IMG/VR virus record: IMGVR_UViG_3300042274_000720
Coordinates: 2,832 to 66,831 of that record
Origin: a virus
Taxonomy: Duplodnaviria; Caudoviricetes
DNA: 64,000 nt
Reading direction: 5' to 3' (one strand)
The notes under the pieces are model-generated. The model saw nothing but the letters and a program-made list of their open reading frames with translations, made no database searches and was not told the origin of the DNA. Positions 8,959-19,900 of this stretch are shown in pieces (positions within the stretch are counted from its first letter, which is position 1; each line of letters starts with the position of its first letter). The position numbers were made by a program, and so were the translations under genes.

Positions 8959-9342
8959 CTAGTCGCAGAAAGACTTACAGTTATTTCTGGCTCGGTTGGT
9001 GCATGATCGAGAGCTGTCGTCGCAGCGGTCGAAGCAGCTAGACCTACGGCTATCACCGGATGGATATTGCGCACGGCATCGATTACTACAGGCTTGGTAC
9101 TGCGTGTCGCAGCCGTGAGACTTTATGCAGCTATTGCACCCAGAAAACTGAGCAAGGTCTCCCTCGAATCTACTTTCAAGTTCTATTGGGGCGGTCTCGG
9201 AATAACTGTAAGGCTCCTTGTCTAATTTTGACGAGGCCTCGACGTGCGACATCGAAAAAACTGTCGCTGAGAGGATTAAAGCTGCAGAAAACAGTATCTT
9301 CCGCACCAATGGGCTGAGTATCGACCGTTTGTAGTATGTCAT
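8959..9342 (-). CDS. Low-GC secreted cysteine-rich protein (moron)
   Basis: AGGAGG RBS, signal peptide, 10 Cys in the last ~60 aa. Confidence 0.7.
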   Translation of the reverse strand: MTYYKRSILSPLVRKILFSAALILSATVFSMSHVEASSKLDKEPYSYSETAPIELESRFEGDLAQFSGCNSCIKSHGCDTQYQACSNRCRAQYPSGDSRRSSCFDRCDDSSRSCTNRARNNCKSFCD

Positions 9343-9504
9343 CCTACCCTCCTAATTCTAGCGCCACTGCTGCCCACGAGCCTCATTTTGCAAGGCACCA
9401 GCAGCCAGAGGCAGTGGTAGGTGCTGAATATGAAGAATAGCTCCAAGCCACTTGATTGATCGCTGAAAGCGCGCAGTTCAGCCAGACTGATAGATCTCCG
9501 GCGG

Positions 9505-10113
9505 TCACCGCCCGATCGCGCCCTTCACTGCGTCGACCGCCCGGGCGAGCACGTCCACGCCGGTCGCCGGGGCAGCGCTCGCCGCCACCTCTTTGTCCTT
9601 GCTCCGCTTGACCACGGAGACCCCCAGCACCGCCAGGGCCACGCCCCAGATGGGCGCCAGGTTGATGAGCGCGGCGATGATGGCCGGCGCCTCGGTTGGG
9701 GTCGCGACGATCGCATAGGCAGCCGCCGCCATGGTGGCCGTCCACGTCAGCGCGACTGCGTAGCCGAAGGTGGGGCGCCAGCGCCGCACGTAGGCGTCGT
9801 TCGACGCCGCCTCAGCGCGGGCGGTGCGGTTGATCTGCACCAGTTGCGTGGTCTCGGCCTCCAGGCGATTGGTCTCGGCCTGCACTGCCAGGCGCTCCAG
9901 TTCCGCCTTGTGCTCCAGTTCCGCCGCGCGCAGCTTGGCGAAGGCTTCAGGATCCGCCTTGATGGCGGCCCCTACTTTCTCCGGCGTCGGTTCGTCGACG
10001 CCCAGCCACGAGGCCACGAGGCCGCCGACCGCGCCGCCGGCCGGCCCGCCCAGGAGGGTGCCGACGACAGGCGCCGCCGACCCCACGATCCGTCCGATGT
10101 CGCTCCACTGCAT
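9505..10113 (-). CDS. Holin of 3TM / GTA-holin-like family
   Basis: APVVGTLLGGPAGGAVG N-terminus, YVRRWRPTFGY, two C-terminal TMs; follows the endolysin. Confidence 0.75.
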   Translation of the reverse strand: MQWSDIGRIVGSAAPVVGTLLGGPAGGAVGGLVASWLGVDEPTPEKVGAAIKADPEAFAKLRAAELEHKAELERLAVQAETNRLEAETTQLVQINRTARAEAASNDAYVRRWRPTFGYAVALTWTATMAAAAYAIVATPTEAPAIIAALINLAPIWGVALAVLGVSVVKRSKDKEVAASAAPATGVDVLARAVDAVKGAIGR

Positions 10114-10116
10114 CGC

Positions 10117-10686
10117 TCAGGCCTCCATCGTGGGCGCCAGCGAGACACGCGCCCGCACCCAGCCGAATGTGAAGTCCTCGTTGTCTTCGCGGCCCTCGGA
10201 CAGTTCGAGGTAGCGGTGCCCCTGGGAACAGTTCAGCGCCGCCAGTAGCACGCGCTCGCCCACGGTGCCACGGACCTTCAGATAGGCCTCCAGCGCCTGG
10301 ATCGTCTTCGGCCCCACGTGGCCGTCTACCGTCAGGTCGGGATAGTCCCGGCCCTTGCGGTTCATGGCGTTGAGCCAGCGTTGAAGCCAGGTGGACGCCA
10401 CCGGCTGGCCCATGTTCACGCCGGTGTCGACCAACTCGTGCCCGATCGACGGGCTGACGACGGCGACGCGGCCGAAGCCGGGCTCCACAATGTAGCGGTG
10501 CTCATAGATGCGCCGCGCCTCGTCCTCTGTCAGGGCCTGAACGTCCTCGGCCGTGCACGGGCTGTCGCGCCAGCGAGAGAGCGCCGCCAGGGTGATGCCG
10601 AACTTGGTCGGGCCGCCCCGGTCGGACGGGTGGTTGGTGTACTCGCTGCCCTCGACAGCCAGGATGTGGTCGATGATGTCGCGCAT
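10117..10686 (-). CDS. Endolysin, GH108 muramidase with PG-binding domain
   Basis: VEGSEYTNHPSDRGGPTKFGIT; DTGVNMG; LTVDGHVGPKT; GWVRARV. Confidence 0.9.
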   Translation of the reverse strand: MRDIIDHILAVEGSEYTNHPSDRGGPTKFGITLAALSRWRDSPCTAEDVQALTEDEARRIYEHRYIVEPGFGRVAVVSPSIGHELVDTGVNMGQPVASTWLQRWLNAMNRKGRDYPDLTVDGHVGPKTIQALEAYLKVRGTVGERVLLAALNCSQGHRYLELSEGREDNEDFTFGWVRARVSLAPTMEA

Positions 10687-10701
10687 GGTTGGTCTCTCCA
10701 T

Positions 10702-10729
10702 AAAAAAAGCCGCCCTCTATGGGGCGGCT
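10702..10729 (-). terminator. Rho-independent terminator upstream of the lysis genes
   Basis: AGCCGCCCC-loop-GGGCGGCT followed by T7 on the minus strand. Confidence 0.7.
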
Positions 10730-10786
10730 GCAGGTAATTCTCGGGTGGCCGTGGGTTCGTCAGTTCAGCGCCTCATAGCGCTTCTC

Positions 10787-10966
10787 TCAATCGTCCCAGG
10801 ATTCCTCCATGATTCTCATCTTCTCTCTGATTCGCTCGTAGTCCTCGACTGTCAGAGGCTCGTGCGGGAACAGCACGCGCTCGATGGTCGGCAAGAGCGA
10901 GAGCAAGCCGCAGATCGCCATGACGACGGTGATGAGCGTCTTTGCGTCTCGCTCGCCCTGGGTCAT
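10787..10966 (-). CDS. Small membrane-anchored protein
   Basis: ATGA overlap with the giant gene stop; MTQGERDAKTLITVVMAICGLLSLLP... Confidence 0.55.
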   Translation of the reverse strand: MTQGERDAKTLITVVMAICGLLSLLPTIERVLFPHEPLTVEDYERIREKMRIMEESWDD

Positions 10967-13900
10967 TCGAAAAGCTCGTTCAGCTTGTCGTTGGTCCGAT
11001 CCATCTTTTCCTCCAACTCCGTCATCCGCGCATCGAACTCTTCCGGGGTGATGCGGTTCCGGCCGTAGTCGCGCTCGACACTTCGCATCTTGGTCTTGAT
11101 GGCGCGCTGGGCCTTTTCGATATCCCATTCCTTCCAGTCGATTCCGGCCTCGACGTCGACACCTTTTGCCTTGATGCCGACACTGGACAAAATGGCCTCC
11201 GGCTTTCCGTAGGGGCGGTCCAGGTAATCCAGCGCCGGCCCTTCCGGTCCACCGGGAATGATACCCGCCCGCTGCCATTTCTCAAAATACCAGGAGCCCG
11301 GCACCCACGGCGCGGACGGCATCCACGCCTTCCAAAGGTAGTCGCCGGCCTTCGCCATCCGCTCGCCCTGGTCATCCACCAGAGGGTCGTAGATATTCTC
11401 TCCGGTGAACGCCGAGCGGTTCAGTATCATTTCGCCGACAAGAGCAATAGGCCCGCTAGGCTGGAGCCATGTGGGCAGGGGCAGCGGCGAGCGGTTGTAG
11501 CCCTGGTCGAAGACGTCGCCGGCCGGAATCCACCGGCGCACGTCCAGGAAGACCGGGTTGTCGTATTCGTCATTCCAGGGCATCCGCAGCATTCGCGGCA
11601 CCCCGACCCAGGTCCAGCCCTCCTCCTCCTTACGAAGCCCCTTGCGCTCCTCTTCCTCGTCGCCACCGGAGGCGAGAGAGCCGAGGGCGTTCACCATGTA
11701 CGCCAGGGTGAAGTATTTCGCGAGCTTCCACGGACGGGCCGCGAGGGACTGCGCGATCACCGGCACCGCTCGATAGGTGTAGGATATGAACGGCAGAACG
11801 GAGCGGCGCGCGGCGTTGATCCAGGGCGCCCGGATGTCGTAGTTGAGGAACTGTTCGCGCGCGGCGGCGGCCGCCATTTCCGGAGTGTCGCCAAGCCCGC
11901 GGCGGCGGATGTAGAGCGCCGTGCGGAACACATCGTCCTCCATCCGGTAGGCGTTCATCATGGCGTTGTCCGCCTTCTTCGCCCACTGCGCCATGCGGCG
12001 CCCCATCTCGCCCAGCGTAAAGACCATCGCGGCCTGGCTGTCGCCCTTGCGCTCCTGGCGCGCGATCTCATCCAGCAGAGGCCCCAGGACATTCTGGCGC
12101 ACTTCCTGCGAGATCATGTCGGACCCGAAGGCGCCGGCGCCCTTGGCCTCCTCGAAGTACCCGTCACCCTTCGCAACAGCGCGCACGGCGCGGGCAAGGT
12201 CGGTGAAGCGGACGTCGGCCATGTCCATGAACATGAGGTTCGACATGACGTTGTTGGTGTGGACGACAGGGCTGCGGGCCGTCTTGTTCAGCTTCCACTG
12301 CGTCAGGACGGCCTGCCACAGGCCGGGGTCGCGGTGCATCCGGTCCAGTTCCGCCAGATCGCGCCACACCTCGGCGCGGACCCACATTCCGGCCAGGGCG
12401 CCATACCGCTTCTTGCCCCCCGTGTTGGGGATTGCGGCTTCGGGCACCTTCACCCAATCGACCCCGGCGAACGTGCTCAGCTTCGTCGCCTCCAGGCTGG
12501 ACACCTTCACGCCCTCGGGCTCGTCCTTCTGCGCCCACGCCTCGTTCTCCGCAATGTCCTTGTAGAAGCGCGCGGTCGCAAGGTCGCGGGACATGGTGTG
12601 GAAGGTCTTGGCGACCGTGTAGCGGGCGTCAAGGATTTCGCCCATCTGCGCCCGCTCCTCCTTGGTGAAGTCGCGCCAGAGAGTCACCTTGCCGCCCTTC
12701 TTCGTCGCGCGCACTTCCCACACGCCGCGATCCTCGTGCCCCTCGAACCGCTTGGGCACAGGCTTGTCCGCCGGCAGGTAGACGCGGGCCTTTACCTTGC
12801 GGGCGCGCTCGCCTTGCCACTCCACGCCGGATAGGTCGTCCATCTCGGGATCGTGCATCAGGTCCATGACGCGGAACTTGCGGCCGACCGACACCTCGGG
12901 CGTCAGGGCTCCGTCGGCCGCCGCACGGTCGCCGTCGGACAGTTTCGCCGCCTCCACGTCCATAAACAGGCCGCGCCCCTTGAGAGCTTCGCCCACGATC
13001 CCCCGGCGGCGGGCGGTATTTTTCATGCGCGTGATCGCGCCGGCAAGCGGCGTCTCTGTCTTTTCCATCTCGTGCTTGGCGTAGACGCGGTGAAGGTAGG
13101 CGCCCCGGTTGCGCTGGTAGGCTTCCGGGCTGACAAGGCCCAGGCGCACGGCTTCGGCGCCCATGTCATCCACCGCCTGCCGGATCGGTGCTGCCAGCTT
13201 CCCGAGGTCGCCCTCCGCCACCCGCTCGCCCGTGAGCATGGCCTGAAGCACGCGTGACTCCTCCAGGCCCACGTCTGCTTCCGTGAGGGTCTTCACGAAG
13301 TCCATGCCCTTGTTGAGAAGGGCGCGTTCCTCGTCCTGGCGCTGGAGGTCGCGGCGCTTGTATTCCTCGCTCAGGCCGTAACGGTCGATCAGTCCGGCAC
13401 GGGCGCGCTCGATGATCGGGTTCACGAGGTTGCCCAGCGCGGACCCGTCTTCAAATTTCGCCTCCGTGACGGCCCGGCTGATCTTCGCCATGGCGGCCTT
13501 GCCCGCTACGGACTCGCCGGCGGCATCCACGCGCCCGACAACCGGGATCATCTGGAACGCGCCCCGGAACGCAGCCTCAAACGGCTGGCCGTCCATAATG
13601 GCGCGAACCAGCGTGCGCTGACGATGAGGCACGGTCTCGGGCGTGGCAGGCAGGTCTTCAATGCGGAGGCGCGCCCGGACGGAGCCCACGGCCTGCTGGG
13701 CGTCCAGCGCCGTCTCCACCGCCCGGTCCCGGGCCTGCATTCCACGCTCGCGCGCCCGGATTTGGCCTCGCGCCGCCCGGGCAAACACGTCCTCTGCCGT
13801 GGCAACATCATCCACCGTCTTGAAGCCCAGCCCCTCCAGAGCACCCCGCACCTTTGCGAGGACACGGCGGATGCGCTCGAACAGTCGGCGCGCGGCGCCG

Positions 13901-16900
13901 GACAGCCCTTTGCCGGCCGCGCGGCCGCGCTGGTAGGCCTCGAAGGCATAGGCCTCAGCCTCTTCCTGATCGAGGCTGTTGATGTCGATGTTGAGGCCCA
14001 GGCTCCGCGCCATCTCCTTCAGCTTGGGCAGATCGTTGCGCAGAGCCGTCAACTCGCCCTGCGTCAGGCCGAAGCCGGTGCGCAAGGAGTGCCAGCCCTC
14101 GTGATAGGTGGTGCTCATCGGGTCGCTGCCGCGCATGGCGATGGCGGCGACGCCGGTCAGCGGGTCCGTCATGCCCGCGACGCTGATGGGCTTGCCGGTC
14201 ACGGCGCCGCCGGATCGGGTGACCGATTCCGCCGTGCCCTCATAGACCACCTTGTCCTGGAGGATGAGCTTGTCGGGATCCAGGCCCATGGACTTCCACG
14301 CCTTGCGGACGGCCCGCTCCACATCGGGGCGCATCCTGTCGAACTCGGGCGTGGCCCGGAGCTTGACGGCACCGTCGCCGACCTCCGCCAGAAACGCAGA
14401 CCGCGCGTCCGCGCTCTTGAACTGGAAGCCCGGCACCGCACTGCGCCCCTTGAAGGCCGAATACCATCCCCCGTGCTTCTCCGCCGTGGCCTTGACGCCG
14501 GCGTAGGTCTCGCGCGGCACGCGGTTCTTGAACGACGCGACGAACAGGTCTTCGCCGGTCTTGCCGTGCTTCGCCTCGGCGGTGTCGAACGCGACGCCGT
14601 GCACCGCGCCATCATCGAACGATTTGGCGTCGCGGGGCGCGTCCCCGGCGGCAACTGCCTGAAGCCATGCGGCCCGAGAGGCTGCATCATCGAACGTGAA
14701 TAGCTTGGAACGCGCCAGGTAGGCGCCTCCGTACTGCTCCGCCAGCTTGGCCAGGCGCCCAAACTCGGAGCGCCCGAGGTACTTCTTGGGCTTCGCGGCC
14801 GTGCCGGTCAGTGTGAACTCCATCCCGCCGATGGTGACGTCACCGTCCGCCGGCATGTCCACGTCAGGCGTGGCCGGTTCCAGCCGATCCGGCACGCTCG
14901 CATCCTCGATGCGGTCGAAGAACTCCCCGATGCTCTCGGCGGTGCTGTAGTCGCTGGTGGTGGAATGGATGCGCTCCACCACGTCCTTGTCGGTCTGCTT
15001 TTCCAGCACGAGGACGTGCGCTCGCACGCTCGTCCCGGCCCGCTCGAACGTCACCGCCGGGAGCTTGATGTCGGCGACCATGAAGACGTCCTTCATGGCG
15101 TCCTGCTCCAGCAGACGTTCCAGCGCCTTGTCGGCGGTCGGGCCTTCCGGCACCAGGGCGACGATGCGTCCACCGTTGCGCAGATGCCGCGCCGCCTTGC
15201 CGACGTGCTCCATCGCCGTCTTGCCGCCGCGTCCGAACGGCGGGTTCATCACGATCGCGTCGAACTTGTTGGCGCCGACGTCCAGGGCCTCGAAGCGATC
15301 CGTCACGACACGCGCGCCGGGGCTGGCGAGTGCCGCGCGGCTCGACAGGTTCTCGGACGGCTCGACCAGGGTGCGGACGCTCCCCTCCGGGAAGAAGCGC
15401 GCAATTGCGCCGTGGCCGGCGGACGGCTCCAGCACCTTCTCGCCGAACTTCACGTTCGCCCACTCGACCATCTTGAGCCCCAGCGGCTCAGGCGTGGCGA
15501 AGTAATCCACGCCCTCGCGCTGATCGCGGCGGCCGGCCTTCTTCTGCTGGGCGTAGTAGAAGGTCTTGGCGCGCTCGAAAGGAGACATGGCCGTGTTGTC
15601 GGCCCGGTCGCGCTCCTTGCCGCCCTTGCCATCGGTCGGTGCCGGCTCGAACGTGTCGCTGTCCATGAAGGCGTCGATGAACGACTGCTTCAGCGCCCGC
15701 GCCCGGTTGCCCATGGCGAGGTTTTCGGCGGTGCCGGCGCGCTCAGCGATTTTGCCCGCGAAGGTCCACCGCTCCCAGGCCGTGCCGGTGTTCATGTACT
15801 CGAACACGGCGTCCGACACCTGCCCGACGCGGTAGATGCGCCCCTCCTCCTGGGTGGCGGTGGTCGGGCGCACGGGCATCCCCAGGTTCAGCAACACCCG
15901 CTGGTGCTGGCCGGTCGTGTCGTGCAGGCTGATCCCTGCCTCGCCGGCGGCGGACTGGATGATGATGAGGTCACGCCCGCTGCCGTCCTCGTTGAACAGG
16001 CGCTTCGCCTCGCGGCGCTGCTTGACCGGCACCTTGCCGTTGTAGACCAGCGCGTCGGGGAACACCTTGGTCAGCGTCTCGATGGGCGCCCGCATGTCGG
16101 AGAAGGACATGCCCTTGACGTCTGGGTTGCGCTTCAGGAACTCCTTGTAGAGCGCGTGGAGGTTCACGTCCTCCTGTTTGCCGTTCCGGTAGACGGTGGC
16201 CTTGGCGCCAGGTGCGATCGACAGGTCGAACGGGTTGAAACCGCCGCCCTCGTTGTAGTCGTGGAAGACGACCACCTTGCGGCCCAACGCGAGGTGCTGC
16301 TTGATGCGCGGCACGGCGTGGTGAGCCTTGATGGCCTCCAGCAGGCGCATCCGGCTCAGGTAGTCGAATTTCTCCATCACCTGATCGTGCAGCGGCCGGA
16401 ACTTGCCGTCGTCCGCCTCCGACAGGAACTTCAGGGCCTCGTCCACCTTGTTGCCGATGGCGTCGTCCACCAGGGCAAAGCGCCGCTCGTAGTCCGCATC
16501 GACATCCAGGGCCCGCCCGGACAGCGCGCCGTCGCGCTTCAGCATCTCGTGGAACTCGCGTTCCAGCACCTCGCCGTTCACGCTGGCGTCCGGCTTGGTC
16601 AGGCGGTTGGTCCGCATCCGGTAGCCGAAGTGCTGCATGAAGAAGCGCGCCCGGCCGTCGCCCGCGTTGTACCGCTGCGCCTCCGCCTGATCGACGGCCT
16701 GGTAGTCGAACAGGTAGCCCTCGGCATAGTCGATCGTCTCCACGTAGGAGAACGGCGTGGCCGACAGGAACAGGACATCAGATCGCGGCCGGCTGCGCAG
16801 ACGCTCTGCCTCCGCCGCGACCTTGGCCTCCAGGTCGCGGTACATGGCGTGCAGTTTGTCGCGCTTCGTCTCCGCCTCGCGCCACTGGCGATCGTCGTCG

Positions 16901-19900
16901 CTCGTGGCGAGGGCTTCAACGTCCCGGCTCAGGGCCTCGATCTTGTCCACGAGGTCGCGGTGCGTGTAGCGCGCCCGCGTGTTCAGCGCACCGGGATGGT
17001 TCGTGATGGCGCGGAAGGTGTCCAGGGCAGAGGTTGCCCGCCCATCGGCCGCGCGCATGAGGCTGTGGGACTCGTCGGGCACCACCAAGTCCCACTCGCG
17101 GTCCGCCAGGTGGCGGTTGGCGCCCAGGTTTGCGTAGGTGGTGACGACGACCCCTTTGCCGGCGTCCGTGGTGCTGTCCAGCGGCGTGATGGTCAGGCCC
17201 AGGTTCTTCGCCGACTTGATCCACTCGGCCACGATGTCCTGGCTCGGCGCCACGATCAGGATGTTGTCGCGACCCTGCTTCGCATACCGCTTGATAACGC
17301 CCAGGCCGACGTAGGTCTTGCCGGTTCCCGTGCCGTTGGTGAACAGGAAGCCGTGCTTGTCGGGCTGCGACAGGCGGGCCTCGGCCTTCTGCACGTCCTC
17401 CTGCTGCGCCGGCTGGAGGAACGGCAGCGTCTCGCGGATGTTGTCGATGTCGCCGGGGCGGACCGGGATGCTCTCCGCCGCTTCCTGGGCGGCGCGCTTG
17501 TCCTCTAGGCCGTGTGCGTCGTCAGCAGTTGCCGCAACTGCTTCTGCTCGGATGCGGTCAGTGCGGAGTCCATCGACGCCAGCATCACCGCCTCGTCCGC
17601 GTCCACCACGTTCGGCAGCGCCCCGGCCGCGTTCGGCTCCTCCCTCACGAAGGCCGCGATCGCCTCGCTCTCCCACACGAGCGGCGCCAGTCGATGAAAC
17701 GCCGCCACGACGTGCGCCGGGTTGCCCGCCTTCTTCAGCTCGGCCGACTCGCGCTCCAGCGCCTTGTCCATCAGATCGCCCGGCAGCGGGAACATCTGCT
17801 GCGCCCACTCGGTCTCCAGGGGCTGCGTCTCCGCGATCCTGTTCCACACCTCGGGGGGCACCTGATGCATAGTCGGTCTCCTGCTCGGGGGCTGCGTCAA
17901 TCTCGGCGGCCGGCGTCATGCCGGTGGCGTCGAAGCCGGGGTAGTATCGCACCCCCTCATACCAGGAGCGCAAGTAGGGGCGCGCTTCCTCGCCCAGGTC
18001 GTTGACCATGGCGCGGGCATAGTCGGAGAATTTCCGGGCCCCCGCCTCGATATGGTAGCCAGCCAGGGTGATGCCGGCCTGCAGGATCTCCGGGTCCAGG
18101 CCGCTGTTCAGTTGCGAGCCCGACAGCTTGCGCTTGAGCAGTTCCCGCGCCTTGGCGGCGGCGTCCTCGGTGAAGACCTTGTTGCTCTTGCCGTACTCGG
18201 TGTCCTGGGCACCAGCGGGAGCGGCGCGGCCACGGTCCGCGTTCTCGCCCTTGGCCGGAGCCCCGGGGGCCGGCTGCGCGGTGCCGAACATATCGGGCTG
18301 ATCCCGCTCCGCCGAGAACAGGCCGCCGTCCTGATCGCGCGCCGACTGCTGACCGCCCCGGCGCATCTTGGATTGCGCGCCGCGCACGCTGGCTTCATCC
18401 TGGTCGCGCCGCTGTTTTTCGGCTTGGACGTCGGCCTTCGCGCGCCGCTCGGCACCGGGCATGACAGCCTGTTCGCGCGGACCATCGGCCGTTTCGATGG
18501 TGTCGGCGGTGCGGTCTGCCCGAGTGGCGGGGGCGACGGGCGCCTCCGCCCCGAACATATCCTCGGTGGCGGTGTCCCGCTCTACTTCTTGATCGGCCCG
18601 AGTTTCGCCTGCAAAGCCAGGATCGCCTTCACGTTCTCGCTGATCTGCCGCTGCCTCGAAGGACTCAAGCCCGCGAACGGTTTCGAGGAACCGCTTTCGG
18701 GCTTCGCCGACGGTGACGTCTCCACCCTTGAGGGCGCGGGCTTGTTCGGTGAGCGCATTGGACACAGGCCCCTTTCGCTGCGCCAGCTTCTCGATTACGG
18801 CGGCAAGCCGCTGGTTCTCGGTCATGCTGCGCTGGTTGGATTGCGCGTCCAGGACGTTCCCGGCGCTCGCCAGGAGCGTTTCGTTGTCGACCGCCGTGCG
18901 GAAGACGGACTTCATCAGACGCAAGTTCTTGGTGGCATTGTCGAGGACTTTGGCGCGCTCCGCAATGAGCGTTTCGGCCATGGCCTCGGCACCGAAAAGC
19001 GATCCCTGCTCGCCCTCGGCGAAGCCAGCGGAGACGATCTCACCCACCAGCAACCGCGCTTCGCTCGCACTGCGCGGCGACACCTTCGCCAGATAGCCCA
19101 GGGCGGCCACCTGCTGCTTGGGGTCGCTGATCCGGCGGCCGACTTCCGCCGCGTATTGCTCGGGCACGGCGCCGTTCACCACCATTCCCCAGGCGTCATC
19201 GCCCAGGTCGGCCAGAGCCTTGCCGTCCTGATAGGCGCGGCGGTTCGGCGGGATGTGGTCCTCGATGGTCTCGGGACGACCGCCATTACGGAACACGCGG
19301 GCCACGTCGAGCGCCTTGGTGCTCTCTCCACCCTCGGCCAGGTTCTTCATGGCGCCGTGGAACATGGCGTCATCGGCGGAAACACCATCCGCCTCGCGCA
19401 GCACCACCGCGCGGATGGCCGGGTTCTGCCCCTCGCGCTTCAGGCGCTTCGCCAGCCCGAGGCGCTGGTGGCCGTCCACGATGAACCGCTTGCCGGCGGT
19501 GTCCTCCCAGACGACGGCGACGCCCGAGTAATCCGGGTTCCACCGCTTCACGCCGCGAAGCTGTTCCGTCACTCCCTCGGCGTCGCCGCCGTCCTTGAAC
19601 TGGAACCGCTTGGCGTCGACCTCGATCGTGTCAGGGTCCAGAAGGGCCGTGTCCGCCGGCGCAGGCGGCGTTTCCTCCGCGGCGACTTCGGGCTGCGGGT
19701 CTGCCCCTGGCACCTCGCCGGTCATGCGCGGGCCGGCGGGCTCCAGTGGTTCGGCCGGCTGAGGTTCTACCGACTCGGCGGCGGGGGCCGGCGGGGTGGT
19801 TTCGGCGGCGGGGGCTTGGGAACGCGGCGCCTCCTGCTGCCGGTCGTCCTGCCCTTCGGCCGACGGCGGCGGAGCAGCACCGATCTGAACGCCGCGCGCC

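Noticed and set aside
9383-9505. Spanin genes after the holin
   Set aside because: No lipobox or TM/coiled-coil ORF found
13548-14762. Other alternative-frame ORFs within the giant gene (133 aa, 187 aa) as further nested genes
   Set aside because: The host frame keeps a normal protein-like sequence; the alternative products are R/P/S/W-rich with no RBS or clear GC3 switch
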